Shown here one piece after another: positions 39,401 through 51,754 of a stretch of 64,000 bases of DNA. Under the pieces are notes generated by a model. It saw nothing but the letters and a program-made list of their open reading frames with translations, had not been told where the DNA came from and did not search any database. The stretch is from Azolla caroliniana (Eukaryota > Plantae > Polypodiophyta), in contig JBHGNT010000003.1 in NCBI GenBank assembly GCA_043228905.1, positions 3,534,001 through 3,598,000 on the forward strand, in the 5' to 3' direction. The translations under genes were made by a program, and so were the position numbers. Every line of letters begins with the position of its first letter. The stretch's first letter is position 1.

Positions 39401-41724
39401 AAGTAGCTCACTTTTTTGGAAATGCTTCTGCAGTCTAGGGAAGGAGGAGAGTGTTTCACCATGAAAGGAGTCCGTCTTGTCACTGTAAATGGTTGGAATA
39501 AGCAGTTGTATAGTTGGATTCTAGCTACATGATTTAAAAAACTTTGACTGTAGGTTCATATCTTGAGTAGAATGCTGCTAGCTAGTGTATAGCAGAAGAT
39601 TATATTCCATGGCAGTATCAAGGTCTTTAAAGGCATTTGAATTAGCTCTATAATAAATGTAAATTACCGTCTTTCCCTGTATTGTCCGCTTTTTTTCAGT
39701 TTCATGCACTCTCACTCTTAATGTTTGGATTATGGCAATGGTGCATGTACCCATGCTATTATTAACTCAGTTATGCCCTTGTTTGAGATTTTCACAGTTT
39801 TGATAATAGAGATCACACTTGGATGAAGTCATATCCTTTCTTATTGTTTAAACTTCTCTAGCTGTTGTTTGACTATTGAATATATGACAGTCCAGAAACT
39901 ATAACGAAACAATATTGTGCACTATATATCTTTTTTTCTCTATCATGTTCCATACTGTTAAATTCTGATTTGCATGTAGGATCAAAGGACAGAATATCTT
40001 CTATATGGGGTTATTGTCCATGCTGGCTATTCTCAAGACAGTGGCCATTATTATGCTTTTGTTAAGGTATGCCAACATACAACCTGGTAATGAACCAATG
40101 TGCAACTGTTGTTCAGTATGTCGATGTCTCTGTAAATTGTGATGATGCTCATGTTTCATGTTTCCTCTTCTCATTCAGGATGTCAATGGAAAATGGTTTT
40201 GCTGTAATGATGCTCATGTTACATCTGTCACTTCAAAGGCAGTCCTTGCAGAGAAAGCTTACATACTATTTTATGTTCGTCAAATTGCAAAAGATGAACT
40301 TAAAGGCTCAGAAATTCATAAAAATGGCTCCATAGCTGCTCCGATAAGGGAATCTACTTCAAAGTTGCAGGTTTCAGTTGGGAAACAGAATGGAACCATT
40401 GATACATGTAATGGGGCTATTGGTGATGGTAAAATGAATGTAGTTCCTGTTCAGATGAAAGATACTACGAAATTGCCAGAATCAGTTATGAAACAGAATG
40501 GAACTGTTGACAAATTGCATGGTGCTAATGGTTCTTCTTGTAGTGCTGACCAAGGTCAAGGTGTCCACCATGTTAGGTTCAACATTGTGAAGCCTGTACC
40601 CAATGGACTGAATTGGAAAGTTGCAAATGGAAGAGCTGACATTTCTTCTATTGGTACTAACAGACATTCTAATGGTAACCATATTTTGTCAAATGGAAAT
40701 TCCAATCATGGTAGCCACAAGAATGACACTGGAGACTTTTTCAACAAAGAACAAGAAAGCTTGAAGCACATGATACCTGATCATGAGCATCAACAAGGAA
40801 ATGGTAAACTTTTGAATGACATTAAAGTAGATGCTGATCAAAGAGCAGAGATGGAGCCAAGAATCGTAGAAACTTTGGCTATTTCACCAACAGCCACTGG
40901 GATAAAAAGAAAAATAACTGATGAACACTCTGTTAACACTACGTCTTGCAGTGATGGTCAGTCAGAGCCATGCATTGCAAATACAGCAAATGAACATGCA
41001 CTTGGTGAACGTCTGCCTATGGAAAAATCAAAGCTCGAGGGGCTCAAGCTGTGGTAAGTTTGAGGCTTGAGCATCAACTATGTTGACTATTGAAATCCTG
41101 TGAATGAGATCTAAGCTTCTCAAGTATATTATACAGGCTTGCATCCGATACGCGCGACCTGCTACAGCGTACAGGGTGGTGTGATATGGTACGTGACTCT
41201 TTTCGTCTTATTAAAAAGGCACGTTTAGAGAAAGAGGCCACGCTTGAAGTTAGGACGAAGGAAAGTGTGAGGTATGTAAAACACTTTCTCTCTCATGTAT
41301 AAAGTAGGCATACATTTGAGCAAAAGCCATCGTTATGACCATGTGTATAGTTGTCCAGCATGCATTTATTGTTGGAAATCATTGTAGGAATATTAACATG
41401 TGAATACTACATTGTACATTGATGACAAAAATGTGTGTACTGCATTGGATTCAAATTTTTCTCAGCCAATATATCATTTATTTATTTATACTTCTAATGC
41501 ATACATAGTATGGAATCTGCTTTATAGTTAGTATCAATGTCACTGCATGTCTTCAATGAGTGAAACATTTATTGGTATTTAATTTTTTTGTTCTGATTTG
41601 CAGTAGTGTTGCCTTTGCAAGTGTCCATGACTCGTTGCGACAAAGGGTTCCCAAAGAAGTAAAAGAACATTTAGTTGAACAGTTGCAAGCTCACTTTGCA
41701 GCTCAAAGGATGAAGAAGATATGA
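36409..41724 (+). CDS. UBP25: Ubiquitin-specific protease (peptidase C19), UBP25-like, about 682 aa; exons 36409-36583, 36970-37456, 37772-37847, 37938-38030, 39980-40066, 40179-41053, 41137-41271, 41604-41724
   Basis: Cys box [35 protein letters not shown], His box [28 protein letters not shown]. The N-terminus [17 protein letters not shown] resembles UBP25. Phases are consistent (2049 nt). Probable 5'UTR intron at 34360-36371. Confidence 0.92.
37822..39610 (+). repeat. Intragenic tandem duplication in UBP25; the second copy has an internal deletion
   Basis: 38958-39027 copies the exon-3 end, donor and intron start (37822-37890); about 39035-39610 copies about 38388-38959 at high identity. 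Confidence 0.85.
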
Positions 41725-43341
41725 GCATAATAACGGTCACACTAGAGTTCTGGGTTTTTGGCTTATGCCTAAACTATGAACCAGGTACAGAACTTTTTGC
41801 TGAATTGATCTTTCAAAGTATATCCTGTATTTCTAATAATCTTAAAAGCATAAATCTCCATTCCTGAATTATTTTGGCAGCGAACTTGATGACTATGAAT
41901 GGAGTGTGGGATAGAAGTAGATGGGGATTCATGTGATTGAGATTGAAAAAAAGAGCATATGCAGTATTGCCCAGTTTGGATAATCGTTCACAAGCTCTCT
42001 TGGCAAATGTCAGGGGAAATGCTCAGCATTACCAAATCATATGTTCAGGATTAAAATTAATGCCATTGACAGATATCTTTTTATTCTGAGTGGAACTTAT
42101 GCTCCTTACGATTTCTGTAATTAGAAGCCAGGTTGGGCACACACTATCTGTCCTATACAAAGTTTTCTCGAGAGTTTGTATTTGTTTCAAAGATAGTGAT
42201 TTTTATGGAGTTTGCCCTCTGGATGATTTATTCTTTGTTTTGTTTTTGGAGTTGTACGAGGATGAAAGCTGTTGTGGTACTTCGGATGATTATCAGAAAC
42301 ATTTTCAAATTGTGGTTCACTCGACGCTGGTGCATTTTAATGACAGCCTGGAGCTGGGACCAGGATCCTTATTTTCCACGATTCTAGCCTAAGCTTTTGC
42401 AAAGTCATCGAGGTCTAGACATGGACTAGGGACAATTTTTTAACCATATAACATAACAAAGGCCGTTTCCTGTCTCTTCAAGTTGCTTTGTATGTTTTAT
42501 TAAATACTGACTTGTAGATGATGAGTTATTTTACTTGTTATGGGTCCTTGGCTCATTACAGGTATTGCTTATAATGCACATTTTTATTCAGGTGACCATT
42601 TCACCCGTGGAGAGGATCATGAGAAGGCTTCAGCAGAGGTAAGCTGATGAGAAGCCTCTCTGCAAAGCCAACATGGCTAGTACAATTTGTTCTATGAGTA
42701 TGAAGCATTATATTTGAACAACATGTTTCTTTGTTGATTTTCACAAACAAATGAATTAACTATCCTACGCCAAGTTCTGCTACCAGGTATTATATGTGCC
42801 TCATCACAAGATATGGATGTTACCATGGTCCTTGCCTTAAGCTTGATAGATTAAAAGTATGTGTTCAGTGAGCAAGGTATGGTCATCAATTCACTCAATT
42901 AGTTTGGCTGCAAATTGAGGATAGCCTAATCCATCTCTATGCTGGTTAAATATTGTTTGTATTTTGTACTGTATCTGAAGGTGTACTTTTGGCTATAAAT
43001 AGGCATTATGGTGAAAAACAGCAAGGAAAACCTCAAAATTTCTCTTGTTTGTTGCTTTGTTCATGTTTTTGTAAAACATTTTTATAGTTGCTGTACTGAA
43101 ATTTGTCATGAACTTGAGAACTTGTTCCTATGTTTTTTTCTTTTATTTTTTGTATTATTTGTGAATAATACAAATATTTCATAATCTTGACTAAATGGAG
43201 TACATGTATGATTGGTGCTCGTGTTTCATTTTGAAAACCAAATTCATCAGAAAGCTGCACGAACTGCATATAAGTTGGAAGTATTAGGGCTCAGCAGTTG
43301 ATTTGTTAATCTTTGAGATCTTATTTGAGGAGTTACTGTTT

Positions 43342-43561
43342 AATACTTGTTATTAAATTTATGTTTAGGACTAGGAAAAGAGGTTGGTTCTAATGGTAGG
43401 CGTTCCACATTTTAAATATTGATTTGATTTAAAATCAATACCTTCGTTACAGTTGCAACTACAGTGAATACTTGTTATTAAACTTACGTTTAGGACTAGG
43501 AGAAAAGGTTGGCTCTAATTATAGGCGTTCCACATTTTAAATATTGACTTTATTTGAAATC
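43342..43561. repeat. Two copies of an approximately 125-bp-period direct repeat
   Basis: AATACTTGTTATTAAA.TTA.GTTTAGGACTAGGA...TAGGCGTTCCACATTTTAAATATTGA occurs twice. Confidence 0.8.
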
Positions 43562-44484
43562 GAAAATTTCGTGAGTCGCAATTAAAGTAAACCTAACATT
43601 CGCACTAGAGTTCCGGGATAATAAATCTATTTCTTTGAGAAACATTGACATCCTCCAACATAATCGTACCCACGAAGATTTGCCGATCCACAATCCCTTG
43701 TGGATGTGCTCCACTTTCACATGCATGTGTGTAACTTTGCAACAGCGTTCCCAACTTAGGGTACATCATCCCTTTCACTAGCAACCCTTGTTTCCATTTG
43801 TTTCTCTCCCAAGATGTAATCATGCACTTCACCATCTAAGCTTTCCTTTTAAAGATTTAGGGTTGAATTCCCTAGTATTGATCGGTATTGTGATTTCGTT
43901 ATTTGAATTAGGTAATTAGTGCAAAGTTGTTTCCTTAATTAAGAATTAGATTAGTTAATAAGGATTTCATCATATTGCAATAGGTGGCTACGAATGATTG
44001 TCACCCATTTGCTCCCATGTCATTGACAATGTCATATATATATGTTGGTTAAAATCCCTTGAATGATCTCAATGAGAAAGGAATTGGCAAAGTGGAGTGT
44101 TCAATAAATACTTATTAGGAATTTAGATTATATGCATTGTTTCATTACCTTTAAGATATATGATCTTTCCCGATATTCTTTCGTTGCATTTCTTATATGA
44201 TTGAATCATGATGATCCACTTGTTTCCACAAGGATTCTAACATTTCCTACATCCACACGTAATATCCCCTTCAAAACAATCCCTAGGTGCAATATGGTGT
44301 CATATTGCCAATGACACATGATAAGAAACCACATCCATAATAAATGCATTCTCCCCTTACAATTTCTTTTTATGTTTATGGACCTCTCGTAGTGAAATGC
44401 AAATTTTGAACTCCATGTGACTCGTTTGTGATCTTAGACTAGGGAGAGATCAATGGGATTAAGGAAGTGAGGAAGAAAAGAACC

Positions 44485-44800
44485 TCACTAATTGTAATCA
44501 CTTTTAAAAATAAAATATGGTTTGGGTTCATTCATGTGTGTGTATCACCAATAGCATCATCCTTCTAATATCATCTTTTTGACCCTCTATCTCCATTTAT
44601 GAATAGAGACCCAACACTTTTCAACACACATGTAACACACTTTTAAAATATCATCACTAATTGTAATCACTTTTAAAAATAAAGTAAAATATGGTTTGGG
44701 TTCATTCATGTGTGTGTATCACCAATAGCATCATCCTTCTAATATCATCTTTTTGACCCTCTATCTCCATTTATGAATAGAGACCCAACACTTTTCAACA
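44485..44800. repeat. Near-identical direct repeat of about 140 bp, two copies
   Basis: TCACTAATTGTAATCACTTTTAAAAATAAA...GAGACCCAACACTTTTCAACA at about 44485 and 44654; differs mainly by a 5-nt indel. Confidence 0.9.
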
Positions 44801-46115
44801 ATTGTCTTTGTCACATGTATAGGCTTTCCTTGAAAACTTTGTATAAACATCATTCTCTACTTATCGAAAATTCACAACTAATGCTTCATTACAAAAAGGA
44901 AACAATAGTATAATAAAAAAGTGAACAGTATAATAAAAAAGTGAAAATCATCAACATTTCTCAATATAACAAGAATCTACTAAATCTTTGTGAGCTATTG
45001 ATTTAAATTAACATACCAAGTAAGCTAGATTTGAACTATGATGGCCACCCCAAGTTGTCATAGAATATTACTTATGAACTTAATGCTTGCAATAAATAAA
45101 ACTATTCTTAAAATTCATGAAAAAATGTTGATATAACAGAACATTAAAATCACAAATTTATCATCATTGTCAATTTTATGTTTTGTGCATTGTTTTGAGG
45201 GGAGTCGTTATGCTTGGTTGAGTAGTCATGTATAGAATTTGTTTGGTAGTTGCCTTGTTACAACTCAAACTTATTGCATTGAAGAAAAATTCAACAAAAC
45301 ACTTTTTTTTTGTAGTCCCAATCATGGTATGAACCATACGTACTATACGTGCATTCGCAATCGTGAATGTTTCAATCATTCGAGTAAGATAAACACCCTC
45401 AAAGAATGATAAATACCATACTTTTGGATTAACCATTTATTATGAGTTAAATAAACCTAAAAAAAGGAAAAATAGCAAAATAAAACCTTTAAAAAATGGG
45501 AAAAAACCCAAAAAAGGAAAAAACACAAGAATATTTCAATAACATTCGCATTCGTTTTCCAATGTTGGAAAACGAATGTTATGCTAGACAAACACGAATT
45601 TTACGCACTATGGGACTCCCAATGATTTATGTCAAATTTCAATATACAAAAGGTATTTATTTGCAATGAGTAGGATTGATATTGAGAATAAGGTAATTCA
45701 ACTAGAGTTTAGAGAATTGTATGAGTACATGTCGGTGATATTACCTATCCTTTAAAATTAAGGTATGAAATGTACACAACATATTGAAACACAACACTCC
45801 AAACTACATATTATTATGAATGATAGGTATCGGATGATCCATCATGTTTTTGTGCATTAGTGCTCCATGTTAAGATTCTCTCGTAACATTTTGCCTAACT
45901 ACAATGGTAAAGTTACTTGCTTATGGCATCTAACTCGTTTCTATTACACATGCTCACTTGAATTGATTTCATCAAACATGATAATGTCAAATGATTCAAA
46001 CCCTAATATCAAGGCCATAGAAGCATAATATATAATATGACCCAAATTCATTTGAAAAGAATGGTCAAGAAGGATGGGTATGGGGAGTACACTATTTTAT
46101 CTTGATCATTTGCAT

Positions 46116-46147
<32 letters not shown>

Positions 46148-46906
46148 CTTAATTACTTTCTTGATCACAAGCCCTAAAGCTCAATTGAGGTTGTCATTAG
46201 TCAAATTATTCAACACCAAACTTGCCCTAAGTCAATTGAGCGGCACCAACCTGAAAGTGGATAGACATTTTTTTACTATTACTTGGACAAATGGTCTTGC
46301 TTCAAAATTGCATGAAAAATGACCCTTAATCCTTCTTACCTAATACACATATCTATAATGAACCTAATTACCCAACTATCTTCGTGAATATTGGGCTTAA
46401 TTTTACAAATATAAACAAGCCCTTTTTTGTTTTACATTTCTATCCTCTACTTATATACACCATCATTTTCAAAGATGGCCCACAAGACAACCAAGATCTT
46501 ATCCATATTTCCTATCTGTATTTCCTTAGAGGTTAATCAAAAGTAATGGAAGGGAAAAGAAAACGCGGCATTGCATTGTAAAAGTCGAAAGACATGCCAA
46601 AGTGTTTTGACTTTTTGGTGTGGTATGTGTAAATACACTCTGCGAGAAGATGAAGAATCCAAAAGCCACAAAAAATGGCCATGTAAAAGCAATCAAATTC
46701 TTCTTGTCTCATTCATAGTAAATTGTTTTGTGGTTTTGACATTTAAATTATAGTTGGAACTTGGAACTTGGAAGAGTGTTTTTCATTAAACACGCTAACA
46801 AAGAGACGAAACAGTAAATCCTGAAATACTTTCCGTCCACAAAAATTGATAGGTAGACCGAGTGGATGAGAAACCTTTCTTTTTATAACTAAGTGGGGCC
46901 CAAAAT

Positions 46907-46963
<57 letters not shown>

Positions 46964-47191
46964 GGACAGACAGAGAGAGAATGTGTTTGAGTTTTGGATT
47001 GTTTTAATAATTGTTATGTTTGTTGCCAAACTTAATTTGATTGATGATTATGTTAATGTAAAGTTTGGCTAACACTAACATATTTTCATTTATTATTTCC
47101 ATTTATCATTCATAACTTTCCCTTCACATTCCATTCTTTTCTGTTCTTTCATTCATTCCCTCCACACATTCAATTCATTTTCTTCCGTTCC

Positions 47192-50100
47192 ATGGAGAAG
47201 CCTCACCTCCTCCCACGCCCTCACCGACACATCTTCACGTTGTGGACACCCGAGGAGGTTAGAGAAGCGGTAGAGAAATCCAGAGCAGCTCTACTCAACC
47301 TCCCTTCAAACTCAACCTCTCAACAACATCATCATCATGCAGCTGTTGATTCTGATGATCTGCTAATTAAGAAGCTCTTCCTACTCAACAATGTTGAGAA
47401 CCTCTTCCTAGTCGATACCACCCCTGAGGAGAATGACAATTACAGGAGCATACAATATTTATCATATGGTCCTCGTGAAGAACATGGAGCTTGGGAATGG
47501 GGGAGCAGAGACATGATGTTGGATATGAGCCATGCCACCACTACAAAACTCCTCACGGCTGCCGCCAATCTCACCGACGGAGCTGTCCATCTCCTCCTGA
47601 TTTTTAATAATCTAACGGAAGAGGAAGAGAGGGTTTTGGTGGAGGCTCTCTCTCTCGCTGCAGATCGTCATGCGGGCCCCAGCAGCCTCCTCGTCGATGG
47701 AATTAAATTCAGGGATGCTCATGCTCTTCTGAATGCCCTCAAGAAAAACAAACGCCTCAAACATCTCTCCCTTCAGTATATGCATATGAGCGATGAGTGC
47801 ATTGAGGTGTTACGCGACTTCCCCTCCCTCACCTCCCTCCACATTGAGGTGAAAGTATCTTCAGAAGAGTTTGTGAGGAAATTGGCGGAGCTTCATCCCT
47901 CACATTCACCCCTCGCAGCCTCTCTCCAAAGACTGCATATATATTGCTCATCCATTGACTGGAGAAGGAGCACTGGTTTCCTGCGCCACTGGCCGAAGCT
48001 CAAAGAGCTCTCTCTATTCCGTAGAGGGACAGATAAGTCAGAGAAGGAGGTAATGGATTTAATGGATCTAATGGATCACCTAGCACCCCCAAAGAAGGGG
48101 GTGGAGACAGCTGGCCACACCCCTTCATCTCCTCCTCAACTATACAGCCTTGAATTAGGTGTTTTGAAAGGTAGTGATTTAAGCCGATCTGCTGTTGCTG
48201 CAGTGGTTGATGCACTTTCTCGGTCCGGCCTTCCTTTCTTTCAAACTACAACATATTCTGATAGAATGGACCCTGCCATTCAGGCGCAGCTGTGGAGGAA
48301 CCAGCGCAATTTCATGTTGGGATCCGATTTGAAGCGAGTGCCTGCGACATCCATCCGATTGTTCATCTGCGGAGATCCATTCGCAGGTAAAACCATGAAT
48401 GACCACCACATTCTCTCGAATACTGAAAATCAGATTGATGAGGTTATATAAACACACAATAACGAACACTTCCACCTCATTTTGTTTGGCGCAGGAAAGA
48501 CTACTCTTGTATCTACCATGCGTTCTATCTATGGGAGAAAGAGGGATAGGCTGAGAGCCCTGTTTACTGGAGAACGCACAAAAGGAATTGAGGTGCAAGC
48601 CATCAAAAAAGTGGGAATGCGAGTGTCATTATGGGACATGGCAGGCCAGCAAGAGTTCCACGCATTCCACGACTGCATGTTCCCTGACATAGGAACCAGC
48701 TCTTATCAGTTCCCATCCATGTTCATGTTCGTTTGGAGCCCCATGGATAGCCAAAGTAACAAAAGAGGAGAAACGAAAAAAGAGACCGACTTCATCGCAA
48801 GCTTTAGGTACTGGCTCAAATTCCTCGCCTCCAAAAGCCCTCAATCCATCATTCCTCTCAAAGTAATCCTGGTATTCACAAGAGCAGACCAGATGAAGCC
48901 GGTCTCAAGCTGTCTCTCAGATTCGATCAATTCACTTCGATCAGAATTCAAAAGGGTGATTGACATTGTCGACTCTCCTTTTGATGTGGATGCAAGAAAC
49001 AAGGATTCTGTTAAACCTGTAGCAGAGCATATTTTCGACATTGCCAAGGATGTGCTCCAAGGTATTGAGCTCTACGACATCTGCACGCAAGTAACCAAAA
49101 ACCTCTTGAATTATTCGAAGACCACAAATGAACGAATCATTACATGGGAGGATTTCAGCAAAATCTGCCATAATGATGACAAAGCTAAATTAAATGCAAT
49201 TGCCATGTCCTTGAATGAGTCCGGTAACATCATCTACGTAAGTGGATTCAAACACATCGTTCTCGATCCCAATTGGTTTTGCAATCAAATTATAGGAAGC
49301 CTCATTGGTTTCCCAACATCTGGAGCATCAAAGGATATCGTCGCATTTGACAAAGGATGCATACCTCGACATTTCCTAGAGCAGGAGTTTGAATCCTTTG
49401 CCAAATCTAATGTCAAGGGCTCATTACTAGTAGACTTAATGGAAGCCATGCACCTATGTTGCACAGTCCCCAAAAGATCTTCACATCTCATCTTTATCCC
49501 AGCCATATTGCCAGACGGGGGTGTCCAACAACTCCAATGGACTCGAATCGATGATAATGTTACCTTTGTGTACATGGGCAGAAGGTTAGAGTGTGAGAAC
49601 AAAGACCTCACATTTCTTACACCAGGCTTGTTTCCGAGAATTCAAGCATTATTTAGCAATGCTTTCGAATCTAAGCATGATAATGCTGTCCTCACACTCG
49701 GCAAAGATTTCATATCCATTTGTTTTCCAAAGAGCGAGATCATCGTCATGTTCTGCCAAGCAAAATCAAACCATGTCATAGATGTGCTAATTCGAGCTCA
49801 AAATAATACACATCAAGACATCCTAAGTACCTTAGCTTTTGTGCAAAAGAGTATCATCAACAACTTGATTACAATATGTGCACAACCCTCCGGTGTACAA
49901 GGGGTTCAATTGATAGAGAGTGTCATTCGGCCTGATTGCTTACTTTATCCATCAATGGTGCAACGTAGAGAAGATCAATGCGTGCAAGTAACTTATTTGA
50001 AGGAGCAATTAAGAAAAAAGCTTGAGCGAGCCGAGAAAGAAATATATGATTGGAAACGGACTACGGCTATGCCTAATCCTCTATCAAATGATTTAATTGA

Positions 50101-51103
50101 TCTCCTGGGGTTAGAGTATTATGGGGAGGTCCTAAAATCATCTAAGAAATGGTTTGAGGTGGAGGTGAAGAATGCATTGTTGGAGAACGATGACTATGTT
50201 GATGAATCTAGGAAATATCAAAGTTATGAAGATGTGATTATGACTAGCTTGGAAAATGGCCTAATGCAAGAAGATCAATTAACATTAGAAGAGGCAAGAG
50301 AGGTACAGTCTAGTAAGGTTATGGTAAGGCTACTTTTACATTTACATCATAAAATGGATGCCACTCACAATGAAGTCCTCAAGTTACACAATAAGATGGA
50401 TCAAATGATGAAGGAGCTACATGAAATGCATAAAGAACTTCAAGATATGAGGAATGATGTTATCGGCAAGATTGAGAACTCTATAAGTAAGCTATTGAAA
50501 ATGGCCCTAGAGAATGAGACCGAGAAGCAACTCCCTGGTGTCGCCCTCCTTACGACTAAATTTCCCAACTCAACCTTTGAGAAAGTTTTGAGATGGGTTT
50601 CTAGAGGTGAACTTGTGAGAATCCAGTTATACTGTGAGGATAAAAAATTGCCACACCCTGTGGAAAACCAGCCTGGTATCACCCTCACCTCTTTGTCAGA
50701 GTCTCATGCAGAGTGTTTAAAAAAAGCTCTACCATATATCAAGGGTCTATTTCATATTTTGACTATAGCGGCTAGACTCGGTATTTCCTCTATGGTACCT
50801 CTTGCAAGCTCCTTGATTCCTGATTGGACGCCCCACCTCAAACTAGCCAAACAATATCCTATGGTACAAAGTCATTTTAAATCAGAAAAGGATATATTTC
50901 TAAGTAAACTAGAATGTGCTTCCAATGAGTGGCAAAAGTGCTTGGCAGCCATGTTGGTGGAAAATGGAGGTTTGACCGATGAAAACATAGCTAAGAAGTT
51001 CCATCTCAAGCGTACCATCTACGATAAAGGTGATGGGAGTACTCAAGTTGCATGGTTATGCAAGTTGCATTGTGAAGGAAAACGGTCCTTCCCACTAGGC
51101 TAA
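47192..51103 (+). CDS. TORNADO1-like Roco protein (RNI-like LRR - Roc GTPase - COR - coiled coil), about 1267 aa; exons 47192-48386 and 48495-51103
   Basis: A 108-nt GT-AG intron joins the two long ORFs in frame. Motifs: G1 IRLFICGDPFAGKTTL, G2 ERTKGI, G3 SLWDMAGQQEFHAFHDCMFP, G4 VFTRAD, COR IVLDPNWFCNQIIG, YMGRRLEC..LTPGLFPRIQ, C-terminal VRIQLYCE..HPVENQPG and VAWLC, all features of plant TRN1. The N-terminal 400 aa has LxxLxL repeats. Confidence 0.9.
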
Positions 51104-51647
51104 ATTATATCTTGCTATGTGGGTTCAAATAGAAAAGCTCAATTTTAGTATTTCTTGTAAACCTTTGAATATTCCCCCTATGGATCTAGATGGGCATTTG
51201 CAATTAAGAATAAGTGTCTTGTTTTAAAACCAATATTAATGATCATGGTTATTTGTGGATTTAAATCAAGTGTAGAATTTCTTTCTCTTATTAAATGTGT
51301 CTCTTCTAGGTATGTTGCATCGATTGTACAACTTCCTCTCAAAGAAATGTGTACCTCCTTATCAAGGTAAAACTAGCAAGAATGGTGGACAAGTACTCTC
51401 GAGTTATCAAAAATAGGGTATTAAACCTCCCTAACTATCTTGACAAAGAAGCACACAAATCTACCACTTAATGAGGTAAACGATGTACAAAAGCACACAA
51501 AATGAGAAAAAATGCTACAAAAAGTTAGGAATCACAATCAAATACTAGAAAATTATTGAAACCTTGAATTGAAGCTCTCAACACGAATTCCTTTATGAGT
51601 GAATGAGAGAAAGATGCAATGTATTATCATTTTTGGAGGTTAAATTG

Positions 51648-51697
51648 TGTAAAGAATCAACAGATGGATTCTTATGAAGCAGAAGAGACGTGAGTTA

Positions 51698-51754
<57 letters not shown>

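Noticed and set aside
47192-51103. Two separate genes (419 aa and 873 aa) as the ORF track suggests
   Set aside because: A GT-AG intron at 48387-48494 joins them in frame and restores the P-loop.
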